NCBI GenBank assembly: GCA_963968885.1
Contig: CAXAGT010000005.1
Span: forward strand, 1-52,925
Length of the DNA: 52,925 nucleotides
From: an uncultured Candidatus Poseidoniales archaeon
Lineage (GTDB): Archaea; Thermoplasmatota; Poseidoniia; Poseidoniales; Poseidoniaceae
Direction of reading: 5' to 3'
Position numbers and translations under genes: made by a program. Below the pieces are notes generated by a model. That model ran no database searches. It was given only the letters and a program-made list of their open reading frames with translations, and had not been told where the DNA came from. This document shows, piece after piece, positions 38,481-48,418 of this stretch (position 1 is the stretch's first letter; each line of letters starts with the position of its first letter).

Positions 38481-39248
38481 ATGGCGGATACATCAAGCGT
38501 GGTGAATGAGTTGATTTCAAATGATGAAATCATAGTACTGCAAGCCCAACTTGGTGAGTGGGACAATCTAAATCATCTCTTAGTTTGCTCCAAGAGTAAA
38601 TCTGCTGTAATTATCGACCCATTTGATGCAAAGTTTTGGTTTGATATTTGTTCCCAGAATGGGTGGGAGTTGGAACAAGCATGGCTTACTCACAGTCATT
38701 GGGATCACTCCAAAGGAGTTGAAAATTGTCTGGAATTGGGTGGTCCAAATTTCCAAGTAATCCTCCACGAAAAGGAGCTCGAAAGGGGATGGAATGGTCC
38801 TCACACTCATCTTTTGACAAACCCTGAATTTTCAGGTCATCCACTTAGCGTAGGTGAACTAATTTTTGATGCTCATTGTACGCCTGGGCACACCCCAGGT
38901 CATCTCACCTTCACAGGAAATGGAGTAGTCATTTCAGGAGACTGTTTGTTCCTTGGTCGATGTGGGAGGGCAGATCTCTTTGGCGGTGATGAAAGTAAAC
39001 TCAGACTAAGTCTACGGTACTTGAAGGATGCAATAATGCAGATTCAAGATTGGATTGTTCTTCCGGGGCATCAGTATCAACTTGAGGATGGCTCAAATCC
39101 TACTTCCTTGACAGTTGGTGAATTGTTGAGTAACAATCTTGCAATCAAAGCCGTTGACAACGATGAGGATTGGAATAGTCTTGATTTCCTGTCATTCGAG
39201 GACTCCTTGGCAGAAAAAGCAAGAAGACAAAAGGCAATGCAATCTTAA
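38481..39248 (+). CDS. MBL-fold metallo-hydrolase (glyoxalase II/ETHE1-like)
   Basis: LTHSHWDH, TPGHTPG, SGDCLF...CGR.D, LPGH. Confidence 0.9.
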   Translation: MADTSSVVNELISNDEIIVLQAQLGEWDNLNHLLVCSKSKSAVIIDPFDAKFWFDICSQNGWELEQAWLTHSHWDHSKGVENCLELGGPNFQVILHEKELERGWNGPHTHLLTNPEFSGHPLSVGELIFDAHCTPGHTPGHLTFTGNGVVISGDCLFLGRCGRADLFGGDESKLRLSLRYLKDAIMQIQDWIVLPGHQYQLEDGSNPTSLTVGELLSNNLAIKAVDNDEDWNSLDFLSFEDSLAEKARRQKAMQS

Positions 39249-42200
39249 TCATAGATTGTCTAAATCTATCATTCCTGGCATCGAAGCTCTTTCTTCCTCG
39301 GCTTTTTGCTGTTCATATTGTTGCCAAACAGGTACCTCTTCAGGTCCAGTCCATCCCAATTCTCTGGCTTTTTCTAAATCTCCTTGACCTACGTAGTAGT
39401 CAATCCATTCTTGCCTTCGCAAATCTTCATCTTCCATAGCCATATTGACCATTCGTTCCTCGGCTCTTTTCTTTGCACTCTTTCTTCCGGCAATCTGTCT
39501 TGAAATCATGGCCACAAAGATCAGTGTGAGCATTAGCGCAGCAACTCCACCAAGAATCAAAGCTCCAGTGTCGTTTTCTCCTGAGGTTGAATCCACTCCT
39601 CCTTCACCAGCATTTTCGTTTTTATTTGGGTCTTCAGTGATCAAGCAAGTTACTTGTCCTCTGATGCCGGTACTGATTGAAGGGTCCCATTGACATGGGT
39701 CATTAACGTTGGAAACACCATCTCCATCATCATCTCTGCAACCAAATCTATCAATAGTCGAGTTGCCCCATTCATTTCTACAATCATCGTTTTGATATCC
39801 AGTGAAGTTATCTCCAAAGCCATCGCCATCAGCGTCCCTGCTTTGGGAGGCTCTCAACGGGAATGCGTCAGGAATTGCTCCCTCAGGATTATCTCCTACC
39901 TCATCTCCATCCATGTCGGACCATTGTGATGGAGTGTCCGGGAATGCATCTCCGTTTTGCTCTCTTATTGTAATCAGGTTTCCAGGATTTTCTTCGTCTT
40001 CAATGGTTTTGTTGTACCAGCTGTAGTTATCGCCGTATCCATCGCCGTCTGAATCTTCCCACTGAGTTCCATCTTCAGGGAATGTATCATCGTCATCAGC
40101 ATAACCATCGCCATCTGAATCTGGACAACCTTGGTAATTATTCATCGTAGCTTCTCCATACACATCAGGACAATCATCACCGCCAGGAATGTTTTCATCA
40201 CCATATCCATCTCCGTCTGAATCAGCCCATTGGAATGGGTCGTTAGGGAACGCATCAAGTGGGTCGGTTACTCCATCAGCATCAGTATCCGGACAACCTC
40301 TAGTTAGAGGATTGTTAGATGTTCCATAAGATTCTGGACAGACGTCTGGCTCATTACCATCTTGATTATCTCCATAGCCATCGCTATCTGAGTCGTCCCA
40401 TTGAGTAGGGTCTGCTGGGAATCTATCTCCATTATTGCCACCAGGATTGTCACCTCTTCCATCTCCATCTGAGTCTTCCCATTGACTTGCATCATCTGGG
40501 AACTGGTCGGGATTGTTTCCATCCGGGTTATCTCCTCTGTTGTCACCATCTCTGTCTTCCCACTGGGTAGAGTCATCTGGGAAAGGATCTCCAGCATTCG
40601 AGTAGCCGTCACCGTCTCTGTCAGGGCATCCAAACCTGTCCTCAGTTGATGTTCCTGAATCTCCAGGGCAATCGTCAGCATTATTTCCAGTTTGGTTGCT
40701 TCCAAAACCATCTCCATCATCATCGCACCACTGTGTAGGGTCGTTGGGGAATGCATCAGCACCGTCATTGCAAGGGCTTAGAGTAGGCCAACCGGGGGTT
40801 GGGTCTGACCAACCGTCTCCGTCAGAATCAGGGCAACCTAGGCGGTCGTATTGAGAATCTCCCCATGCATTAGGGCAACCGTCCGGTCTACTGCTCGCTT
40901 GCTCATCACCAACCCAATCTCCATCGGAATCAGCCCATTGGGTTCTGTCTAGAGGAAACACGTCAACATTGGTTGCGCTTGCAATCAACTCTCCAGGCCA
41001 CTCGATAGGTCTTATGTTGAGCCATGAGTTGTTTCCAAAATTGTCTCCGTAGCCATCACCATCCGTATCATTCCATTGAGTTGGATCATTAGGGAACGCA
41101 TCTCCTCTTTGATTAATGTGGTATTGTTGATTGTCCACATCGTATAGATAGTTATCTCCATAGCCATCCATGTCTAAATCAACCCATTGTTCGGGGTCAG
41201 CAGGCCATAAATCTCCCTCATCTGACCATCCGTCTCCATCAGCATCCGGGCAGCCAAATCTATCTTCTGTTGAATTGCCCCAAGTGAGTATGCAAGCATC
41301 CGGCTGGAAAGCTGGTTCAGGATTGTCGCCAAAACCGTCGTTATCCGTGTCATTCCATTGAGTTGGTTCATCAGGGAATTGATCTACCTTGCCATCTCCT
41401 TGGTCTGTTGAATTCCATCCATCTTGGTCTGGATCAATGTTAGCAAACCATATGTAGAACCCTTCATCATTTCTTCCGAAGGCCTGGGCAATATTCATTC
41501 CAGTTGGGGACCATGAAACGCCATTGTTTTGTCCGCAGTTGTTGCCGTTACCTGTGCTCGTGCAACCGCCGGGTCTTGGTTGGCTAAAAGAGTCGATAGA
41601 TTGCCCGGACGCAACGTCAAAAATCAATGCTGTTGCGCCATCGGCATTATACCATCCCATTCCAAATATTACCTGGGTGCTGTCCGGGGAAAAATCGGTT
41701 CCATAGCAAGATGTGGATCCAATCTTAGTCCACGAATTTGTCCAGGTCGAAGTTTCATACATTCTTAGTTTGGAATTTCCAGAATTCTGATCATATCCCT
41801 CACACACAGAAATGTATTCGCCATCATGCGACCATGCTATGGAGTTGACAGTGGCAGTAGGGGATGATATTGATTGAATTGTGGACCAATCTGTTGTATC
41901 GACGACGTAAGCGTCACCGACTGTGCCAATTGCTAGTTCTCCATTCGGTCCGAAGTCAACCGAGTGGAACCTGTCTTCGCTTCCTGGATTGAGGTTTTGT
42001 AAAACATTAGCATTCGAAGTATCAATTACTCTGACTACACCACTAGTGCCGCTCCAGCCGCTTCTGCCAATTGCGATAGCGGCCATGCTTCCGTCTTCTG
42101 ATAAGTCAATGTCGTATGTGAAGTCACCACCGCCAACATCCGCTGAAATTGAACCGTGGATATCGGTTAGATTACTTGCATGGTATAATTTTACAGTATC

Positions 42201-42689
42201 ATCATCACCAGTTACTCCGATATATCTTCCATCGCCAGACCAAGAAACAGAACCTACGTCGCCACCACTGTAAGCAACAACAGATCTATCGTTGGCACCA
42301 GTGCTCGCATTCCAAACTCTTAGGTATCCATTTTCATCTGCAGTTGCAACCCACTCGCCATCAGGAGAGTAATCGGCATCATTAAAATCATAATTTTGAG
42401 GTATAGAGAATTCTTTTTGGAAATTTGGGTTATTACTTGTCCATGAATCTGCCCAATCGCTAGTTCCATCCCCGTCTCTGTCTGGACAACCTACTTTGTC
42501 TATGGTTGAGGTTCCAGCAGCATAAGGGCAATCATCACTTGCATCATCAGTTCCATCTCCATCCGTATCAACGGCAGAAACGATTGGAGTAATTACAGAA
42601 GCAACTAAAATTGCAACTAAAAAAGCAGGCAAAAAATGACCTTTTCTGTCTTTAAGGGAAATAGCCATAAAACTCCCATCATGCATCAT
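39249..42689 (-). CDS. Membrane-anchored surface protein: WD40 beta-propeller plus about 20 TSP3-like Asp-rich repeats
   Basis: Signal sequence; WD40-like blades (YSPDGEWVATA, VSWSGDG, IAWSHDG, DFSPDS); repeated D.FP.D.TQW.D.DGDG.GDN; C-terminal TM and tail. Start may be 42689, 42686 or 42668. Confidence 0.85.
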   Translation of the reverse strand: MMHDGSFMAISLKDRKGHFLPAFLVAILVASVITPIVSAVDTDGDGTDDASDDCPYAAGTSTIDKVGCPDRDGDGTSDWADSWTSNNPNFQKEFSIPQNYDFNDADYSPDGEWVATADENGYLRVWNASTGANDRSVVAYSGGDVGSVSWSGDGRYIGVTGDDDTVKLYHASNLTDIHGSISADVGGGDFTYDIDLSEDGSMAAIAIGRSGWSGTSGVVRVIDTSNANVLQNLNPGSEDRFHSVDFGPNGELAIGTVGDAYVVDTTDWSTIQSISSPTATVNSIAWSHDGEYISVCEGYDQNSGNSKLRMYETSTWTNSWTKIGSTSCYGTDFSPDSTQVIFGMGWYNADGATALIFDVASGQSIDSFSQPRPGGCTSTGNGNNCGQNNGVSWSPTGMNIAQAFGRNDEGFYIWFANIDPDQDGWNSTDQGDGKVDQFPDEPTQWNDTDNDGFGDNPEPAFQPDACILTWGNSTEDRFGCPDADGDGWSDEGDLWPADPEQWVDLDMDGYGDNYLYDVDNQQYHINQRGDAFPNDPTQWNDTDGDGYGDNFGNNSWLNIRPIEWPGELIASATNVDVFPLDRTQWADSDGDWVGDEQASSRPDGCPNAWGDSQYDRLGCPDSDGDGWSDPTPGWPTLSPCNDGADAFPNDPTQWCDDDGDGFGSNQTGNNADDCPGDSGTSTEDRFGCPDRDGDGYSNAGDPFPDDSTQWEDRDGDNRGDNPDGNNPDQFPDDASQWEDSDGDGRGDNPGGNNGDRFPADPTQWDDSDSDGYGDNQDGNEPDVCPESYGTSNNPLTRGCPDTDADGVTDPLDAFPNDPFQWADSDGDGYGDENIPGGDDCPDVYGEATMNNYQGCPDSDGDGYADDDDTFPEDGTQWEDSDGDGYGDNYSWYNKTIEDEENPGNLITIREQNGDAFPDTPSQWSDMDGDEVGDNPEGAIPDAFPLRASQSRDADGDGFGDNFTGYQNDDCRNEWGNSTIDRFGCRDDDGDGVSNVNDPCQWDPSISTGIRGQVTCLITEDPNKNENAGEGGVDSTSGENDTGALILGGVAALMLTLIFVAMISRQIAGRKSAKKRAEERMVNMAMEDEDLRRQEWIDYYVGQGDLEKARELGWTGPEEVPVWQQYEQQKAEEERASMPGMIDLDNL
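39690..41440 (-). repeat. Coding Asp-rich TSP3-like repeats (about 19 units)
   Basis: DSDGDGYGDN and DAFPNDPTQW units in translation; recurring ccatcgccatc/tctccatc-type DNA. Confidence 0.8.
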
Positions 42690-42791
42690 TAAAAGGAATA
42701 TCGGTTAAATTGCTCAACAATAATTTTTCACTAGCACTGAAAATGCCCAATATTCCGAAATGCTTGAACACATAATCTCTGTGAGGTTAAC

Positions 42792-44342
42792 GTGTCTGAG
42801 GGGAGTAGAGTGAACATCGCGGTCGCAGATCGTGTTTTACTTCACCTATTTGCTCACTATGAACAACTCGATCAATACATGGTGACGTCAGATCTAACTA
42901 GGAACGGAATCGCTCAAGCTTGTGCGCAGCACCCTCCAAATGTTAGTAGGGCAATGAAAGATTTGCTTCTAGATGGTTTGGTCGAGGAACATTCTAGGAG
43001 CATAATTAACGAGGATAGAAGGAAGAAAGCTTGGCAACTAACTCCAGATGGATTCTCTACCGCAAAAAGGCGTTACAATGACCTTGCAAAAGTGAAGGTT
43101 TTGATGAGAGATAAGGATGGAAAACTACTGGAAATAGAGGCTGGAGAGGCAGCAGACCGCTTATCGACTGACATAGGCTTACTTCAGATTTTACTGCATT
43201 CCCAATATGAGGGAGCTCTTACTTATGGCGACATCAGATTTGGTTTGATTAAGAAAAAGAATGAAGGTAAAGATACACCTCAGCCAGGAAGGCTAGTGCC
43301 TTTCTTAGGCGCTCACGCTACTTATCACACCGAAGCGCCCCAGACAAGGGAAGTGCATGGTAGAGAATCGGAAAGGGAAATCATCGACTCTTGGATGGAC
43401 GAAAAAAGCCCTTGTCTGGTTGTACATGGAATCGCAGGCATAGGTAAATCGACACTAATTTCTCATTGGCTTTCCAAACATAAAATGGAGAATAAAAATC
43501 TCTCAGTATGTTGGTATCCGTGTCATCCTTGGGACAAGGAATTGGGGCTTGCAACAAGCCTTCTACATAGATTCGGAGTAGATGAAAATCATGATCCATA
43601 CAATCTAATTGAGACTTTACCTCTTCAACCTGGCGCAAAAATGGATGTTGAGTTATGGTATAGGCGTTTACTTGCATACCTTACTGATGCTAACGCAATT
43701 AGGGAACGATTTAGTCGCAGAAAAGGAGGCCCTCCTCCATATTGGTTGATTATTTTAGACGATGTGCATTTAATCGAGAATCAATGTAAGGAGTTGTTAA
43801 CTGCCCTTTTGACTCTGAGCACTAAAACTCCACTAAGACTTATCATGATATCAAGATCGACTCTTTCTTTCTATGATAGACGTGACGTATTTACTCGAAA
43901 AATCGTGCAGGAAATGCCCGTGAAAGGTTTAACCTTAGAGGAAGTCAAAATTTGGCTCGAAGAAATAGACCCTGAATCAGATCTTGACATTGATGAATTA
44001 TTTTCTCAAATTGGTGGGCACCCGCTAGCGTTGGAGTTCCTGGAACTTTATGGGACAAAAATTCACGGGGACTGGTTGAAATTTTTAGATCAGGAGATCC
44101 TCGAAAGATTGCCAGATATGGAGAGGAATTTACTTTCAACGCTTGCTGTTAGTGAGAAACCCGTGGTTTGGGACAAATTGGCAAAAGCAGTTGGTTGGAA
44201 TGGCGGACCTCCTAAAAATTTGATATCTCACGGGTTGATAATAGAATTAGAAGAGGGTATGTGGTTACACGAAGCTCTCAGGGAAAGGCTGTTACGAGAA
44301 GTCGGTGCAAAGCAGCAAGAAAGACGTGAATCTCTGATTTAA
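42792..44342 (+). CDS. wHTH-STAND (NB-ARC/MalT-like) P-loop ATPase
   Basis: N-terminal wHTH (TRNGIAQA....PPNVSRAMKDL...GLV), HGRESE, Walker A GIAGIGKST, Walker B LIILDDVH, ISR, GxP motif GGHPLAL, LHEALRE. Confidence 0.82.
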   Translation: MSEGSRVNIAVADRVLLHLFAHYEQLDQYMVTSDLTRNGIAQACAQHPPNVSRAMKDLLLDGLVEEHSRSIINEDRRKKAWQLTPDGFSTAKRRYNDLAKVKVLMRDKDGKLLEIEAGEAADRLSTDIGLLQILLHSQYEGALTYGDIRFGLIKKKNEGKDTPQPGRLVPFLGAHATYHTEAPQTREVHGRESEREIIDSWMDEKSPCLVVHGIAGIGKSTLISHWLSKHKMENKNLSVCWYPCHPWDKELGLATSLLHRFGVDENHDPYNLIETLPLQPGAKMDVELWYRRLLAYLTDANAIRERFSRRKGGPPPYWLIILDDVHLIENQCKELLTALLTLSTKTPLRLIMISRSTLSFYDRRDVFTRKIVQEMPVKGLTLEEVKIWLEEIDPESDLDIDELFSQIGGHPLALEFLELYGTKIHGDWLKFLDQEILERLPDMERNLLSTLAVSEKPVVWDKLAKAVGWNGGPPKNLISHGLIIELEEGMWLHEALRERLLREVGAKQQERRESLI

Positions 44343-44675
44343 TCAGAAGTCATCAGCAGTAACATGCTGATTAATCCAGTTAGATAGTTGTGCTTTAGGT
44401 TGTGCACCAGATAAGTTTCCTACGACTTTACCATCTTTGAACATGTAAAGGGCTGGAATCCCCCTCACGCCGAGTTTTGCAGCATTCATCGAATCAGTAT
44501 CTGTATTTACTTTTACGATTTGTACGTCATCTCTTTCTCCAGATATTTGATCTAGGATTGGCGCAATCATCTTACATGGTCCACACCATGGTGCCCAAAA
44601 GTCTACTAAAACAAATTCATGATTCGCTAGTGTTGAGTCGAACTCTGCATCTGTTATGTTGAGTATTTCTGCCAT
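44343..44675 (-). CDS. trxA: Thioredoxin
   Basis: LVDFWAPWCGPCK, GVRGIP. Confidence 0.97.
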   Translation of the reverse strand: MAEILNITDAEFDSTLANHEFVLVDFWAPWCGPCKMIAPILDQISGERDDVQIVKVNTDTDSMNAAKLGVRGIPALYMFKDGKVVGNLSGAQPKAQLSNWINQHVTADDF

Positions 44676-44791
44676 GTGTTTCCCTATTCTCCTGTGGGAG
44701 AAGGAGTATTATATGGCTTTGCACATACAAAGCAACCAAATTTAGGTAATACTCATGACATGGGACCGACTCAATGGACATGAGGGGAACC

Positions 44792-45463
44792 ATGATTATC
44801 GCTCCTAGTGTATTAACTGCAGACCTTTCAAATCTCGCAGAATCTTGCAAAGAAGCAGTTGATGCAGGACTTAATTGGATGCATTTAGATATCATGGATG
44901 GCAATTTTGTTCCAAATTTAACATTTGGACCACCGGTGATAAAATCTCTAAGAAAAGCCCTAGGTGACGAAGTTACATTTGATGCTCATCTAATGATTAA
45001 TAATGCCGAAGATTGCTTCCAAGATTACATTGATGCTGGTTGCAATCATATATCTGTTCATGCTGAGGCAACAACCCACCTTCATAGATTGATTACAGCG
45101 ATTAGGGCTGGCGGCGCTAGCGCAGGAGTGGTCCTAAATCCATCAACTCCTATCACTCAAATTTTGGAAGTCTTGCCTGAATTAGACCTGGTCTTGATAA
45201 TGAGTGTTAATCCAGGATTTGGGGGGCAGTCATTCATCCCAACAGTTGAAAATAAAATTCGAAAGCTAAAACAAGCTATAGATGAACAAGTCAAAAATGG
45301 TGGCAGGGACGTGACAATCCAGATTGATGGAGGAGTTAAGTCATTTAATATCAAAGAAATTCAGTCTTGGGGAGTTACAAATGCCGTTGTAGGGTCAGGA
45401 TTATTCAACAGCAAAGCAAGCGTTGCTCAAAATTATGCAGAGATTCTTAAAGCGCTTGAATGA
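44792..45463 (+). CDS. rpe: Ribulose-phosphate 3-epimerase
   Basis: IAPSVL, HLDIMDGNFVPNLTFG, DAHLM, MSVNPGFGGQ, IDGG. Confidence 0.97.
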   Translation: MIIAPSVLTADLSNLAESCKEAVDAGLNWMHLDIMDGNFVPNLTFGPPVIKSLRKALGDEVTFDAHLMINNAEDCFQDYIDAGCNHISVHAEATTHLHRLITAIRAGGASAGVVLNPSTPITQILEVLPELDLVLIMSVNPGFGGQSFIPTVENKIRKLKQAIDEQVKNGGRDVTIQIDGGVKSFNIKEIQSWGVTNAVVGSGLFNSKASVAQNYAEILKALE

Positions 45464-45472
45464 GGAAAAACC

Positions 45473-46561
45473 ATGAGGATTCTTGTGGTTTCAACATTAT
45501 ATCCTCTACCTCACAATGTTGCAAGAGGGACATTTGTCGCAGACCATGTCCAAATCCTAAAATCACTGGGACATGATGTCAAAATAATCAATCCACTTCC
45601 AAGGATGACTGGTTATTTGGAAAGTGCTAAACCAACACTAAAAGGAGTTTCTAAAGCACCTAGGGAATTTGAATTTGGAGGCGATTCAGTCTATTCTCCA
45701 AAATTTTTTACCATGAGCGGCGGGACAATGGCTTGGGTGACAAAATATTCCATATCTAGAAAAGTTAGCTCGGTTGTGAAATGGCTTGGAGATTTCAAAC
45801 CCGATATAGTCATGTCACATACCCTCTGGCCTTCAGGATTAATCGCCCAAAAGTTAGCCAGCAAATATTCAGTACCCTGCTTAGGAATAGTTCACGGATG
45901 GGACGTAGACGTCGGTCTAGTAGGTGAAGAATTAGGTAAGACAATCAAACGAATGGTCGAAACGTTTGACTGTATCGTTTCTGTTAGTAATCCCTTGAAT
46001 TCAAGATTATTGGAACGTACTTCTCCAAAGATGAATAGGGTTATTCCGTGTCATATAGAAGTCGGAAAGGATTGGCAAAAACCGATTACTAACTTTAGGG
46101 GCAGATGGAGGAGAGAACCGATCGATATTTTATTTCCAAGCGACCCTAGAAGACCAGAAAAGGACTATTATTTGGCTCTAGAGTGTGGTAGAGAATTAGA
46201 AACCAGAGGTTGGGTTGTAGGTATTACAACGCTCAAACAACAGCCAAGGGACCTAGTATGGGATAGAATGATGGTTGCAGATCTCACTCTTATCACATCG
46301 AAAAGAGAAAGTGGACCCATGGTTGCTAAAGAGTCGATACTATGTGGGACCCCTGTTGTTTCCGTAGATGTTGGAGATGTTGCGGAATGGTTGCCTAGTG
46401 ATTTTATATCCGCATCACGGGAAGTTAAAGAATTGGCAGACAAGTGCGAGCACGCCTTACAGTTTGACTGGAAAAATTTAGATTTTCAACTTCCCGAATC
46501 TTTTTCAAGTGCAAAAATAAGCTCTCAATGGGAGGATTTACTCCTCAGATTCTCCCGATGA
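45473..46561 (+). CDS. Glycosyltransferase family 4 (GT-B)
   Basis: MRILVVSTLYP, KPDIVMSH, VHGWD, S.RES...V.KES..CGTPVVS.DVG. Confidence 0.88.
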   Translation: MRILVVSTLYPLPHNVARGTFVADHVQILKSLGHDVKIINPLPRMTGYLESAKPTLKGVSKAPREFEFGGDSVYSPKFFTMSGGTMAWVTKYSISRKVSSVVKWLGDFKPDIVMSHTLWPSGLIAQKLASKYSVPCLGIVHGWDVDVGLVGEELGKTIKRMVETFDCIVSVSNPLNSRLLERTSPKMNRVIPCHIEVGKDWQKPITNFRGRWRREPIDILFPSDPRRPEKDYYLALECGRELETRGWVVGITTLKQQPRDLVWDRMMVADLTLITSKRESGPMVAKESILCGTPVVSVDVGDVAEWLPSDFISASREVKELADKCEHALQFDWKNLDFQLPESFSSAKISSQWEDLLLRFSR

Positions 46562-48016
46562 ATTTTCCTTGACCAATTTATTCATTATCCACATTTTCAA
46601 ACCAATCATCATCGCCAAAGTAATGGCAAGAGTTTTGTTAATATTCCAAGCAATAGGATAGAAAACGCATAGCGAAATCATCAATATCCAATCATATTTT
46701 CTTGCACCAGCCATTGCCCTTTTGAAGTCTCCAGAAAGTAAAACTCCCAAACTTAACATGAGAAAACAGGTTATGTTTGCTGAAAGCACCGCTCCAGAAA
46801 GCCCGTAATTTGGAATAAATGCCCAAGCAACTAATGTTGCAATGACTACTACAAGCGTAATGAAGATAGTATACATCCATGGATTTTCTCCGGCTTTAAG
46901 AGCACTATTCCATGGCGCTGCGAGTAATGAGAAGCCCCATCCCGACAACAGATAAATGAAAACCTCCAGTGAAGTCAAACCATCTGCAGAATAGGTATAT
47001 TCTTCTGGAAACGCAATTGGTAGAATAAGGGTGACGAAAATTGAGCCAAGAATAAATCCAGTGACTAAAAGAATTTTAATTGGTCCAATTGCCTTGTCAA
47101 TTTCTTTGTTAAATCGTTCACGCTTGGTACGGTTTTCTCCTAGTATTGGCAACAAAGCGCTACTAATTGAAATTGGAACAATCATTCCAGCCATCCATGC
47201 TAATTGCCCAACATGGAAGATAGCAACAGATTCTAGACTGATTGCGGCAAGGAAAAACTTCTCAATTCTTGTGATATATGGCAATACCCCCAAAGTTACA
47301 GCAAAGGGAAGTGCCGATACGAGCAGTGATTTTGTACTTACCCAGCTTTCTCCTAACTCATCGACTAGGTTGCTACTTTTTGGTATGCTTTTGTACAATA
47401 GAGCCACAGATGTGAGAAAACCTGCGAATGAACCGAGAGCAAATACGAGTGCATAATTTAGTATTATGGAGCTCTCGCAAACAAACAAAATTCCGTAACC
47501 TATGGTAATCAAAAACCTCTCGACAATTTTTGAGATTGCTTCAAACCTTGCTTGGCCTGCAGAACGAAGTGCAGATCTAGGCGCATACGAGGCAATATGT
47601 ACCAAACAAATGAAAGCAGCTAAAATGATTAATTCTGTAGGCGCATTATTCAGTATAATGACGCAAGGCAGGCCTACTAGAACAAACGGTATGGCGACGA
47701 AAAATTGTAACTTCCATACTTTTTTTACAGCCTTTCTAAGAACACTTGGATTGTTTGCACCATCTCTAGAGATTATAGTTGGCAGACCCGCATCGACAAT
47801 CAAAAATATCGCAGTAAAAATGTCCATCAATAGTATCCATAAACCATAATCAGTTTGTAGGACGGCTCTTGTCAGAATTACTTGACCAATCAAGGCAAGA
47901 AGAACAGAAATAATTTCTGAGGATGTCAACCAACTTGTATCTCTGATTAGAATTGGTTTGCGCGCAGCAAAGCCTTGGTGACTTTTACCTCTGCGCATAA
48001 CAAGCCTACTGCGCAT
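46538..48016 (-). CDS. Oligosaccharide flippase (Wzx/MOP family)
   Basis: 12-14 hydrophobic segments, DYGLW, DAGLPT..SR, IPNYGLSGA. Start may be 47998. Confidence 0.85.
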   Translation of the reverse strand: MRSRLVMRRGKSHQGFAARKPILIRDTSWLTSSEIISVLLALIGQVILTRAVLQTDYGLWILLMDIFTAIFLIVDAGLPTIISRDGANNPSVLRKAVKKVWKLQFFVAIPFVLVGLPCVIILNNAPTELIILAAFICLVHIASYAPRSALRSAGQARFEAISKIVERFLITIGYGILFVCESSIILNYALVFALGSFAGFLTSVALLYKSIPKSSNLVDELGESWVSTKSLLVSALPFAVTLGVLPYITRIEKFFLAAISLESVAIFHVGQLAWMAGMIVPISISSALLPILGENRTKRERFNKEIDKAIGPIKILLVTGFILGSIFVTLILPIAFPEEYTYSADGLTSLEVFIYLLSGWGFSLLAAPWNSALKAGENPWMYTIFITLVVVIATLVAWAFIPNYGLSGAVLSANITCFLMLSLGVLLSGDFKRAMAGARKYDWILMISLCVFYPIAWNINKTLAITLAMMIGLKMWIMNKLVKENSSGESEE

Positions 48017-48086
48017 GCAAGTTAAGGATTAATTGTTAAACCGCACCTTCAATAATCACCGAGTTCTGGACTATAACGGTGAGACA

Positions 48087-48413
48087 ATGGTAAGCACTCA
48101 ATGGGTATCCGATGAAATTACCACAGTTCTACCCAATGCGAACATAGAGGTTGTCGATCTTAACGGAACAGGTGACCACTTCCACGTTAGGGTGATCTGT
48201 GAATCCTTTCAAGGAATGATTCCGCTAAAGCGTCAAAAGATAATTTTGAACCACTTCAAACCTCATATAGCATCAAATATAGTTCATGCTCTAGATCTAA
48301 AATGTATGACTCCGGCACAAGCAGAGAATGTTGGAGATACTGTATTCCACCCTCACGCAGGAGGAACAGGAATCCACATTAAGCGGATTCAAAAACATCA
48401 AAACAAGGAGTGA
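48087..48413 (+). CDS. bolA: BolA/IbaG family protein
   Basis: GDHFHVRVICESFQG....RQK and VHALDLK; GGTGA SD; directly upstream of Grx4. Confidence 0.92.
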   Translation: MVSTQWVSDEITTVLPNANIEVVDLNGTGDHFHVRVICESFQGMIPLKRQKIILNHFKPHIASNIVHALDLKCMTPAQAENVGDTVFHPHAGGTGIHIKRIQKHQNKE

Positions 48414-48418
48414 AAAAA

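Noticed and set aside
39690-41440. CRISPR array or DNA tandem repeat
   Set aside because: The repeats are degenerate and in frame, explained by protein TSP3-like repeats; there are no identical repeats with unique spacers and no cas genes.
42792-44342. Avs-type antiviral STAND defence system
   Set aside because: No nuclease, SIR2, TIR or protease effector, no TPR sensor and no defence-island context; a regulatory role fits better.
47991-48016. Direct repeat CTGCGCAT x2 at the flippase start
   Set aside because: It is only 8 bp and corresponds to two Met-Arg codon pairs; no further support.
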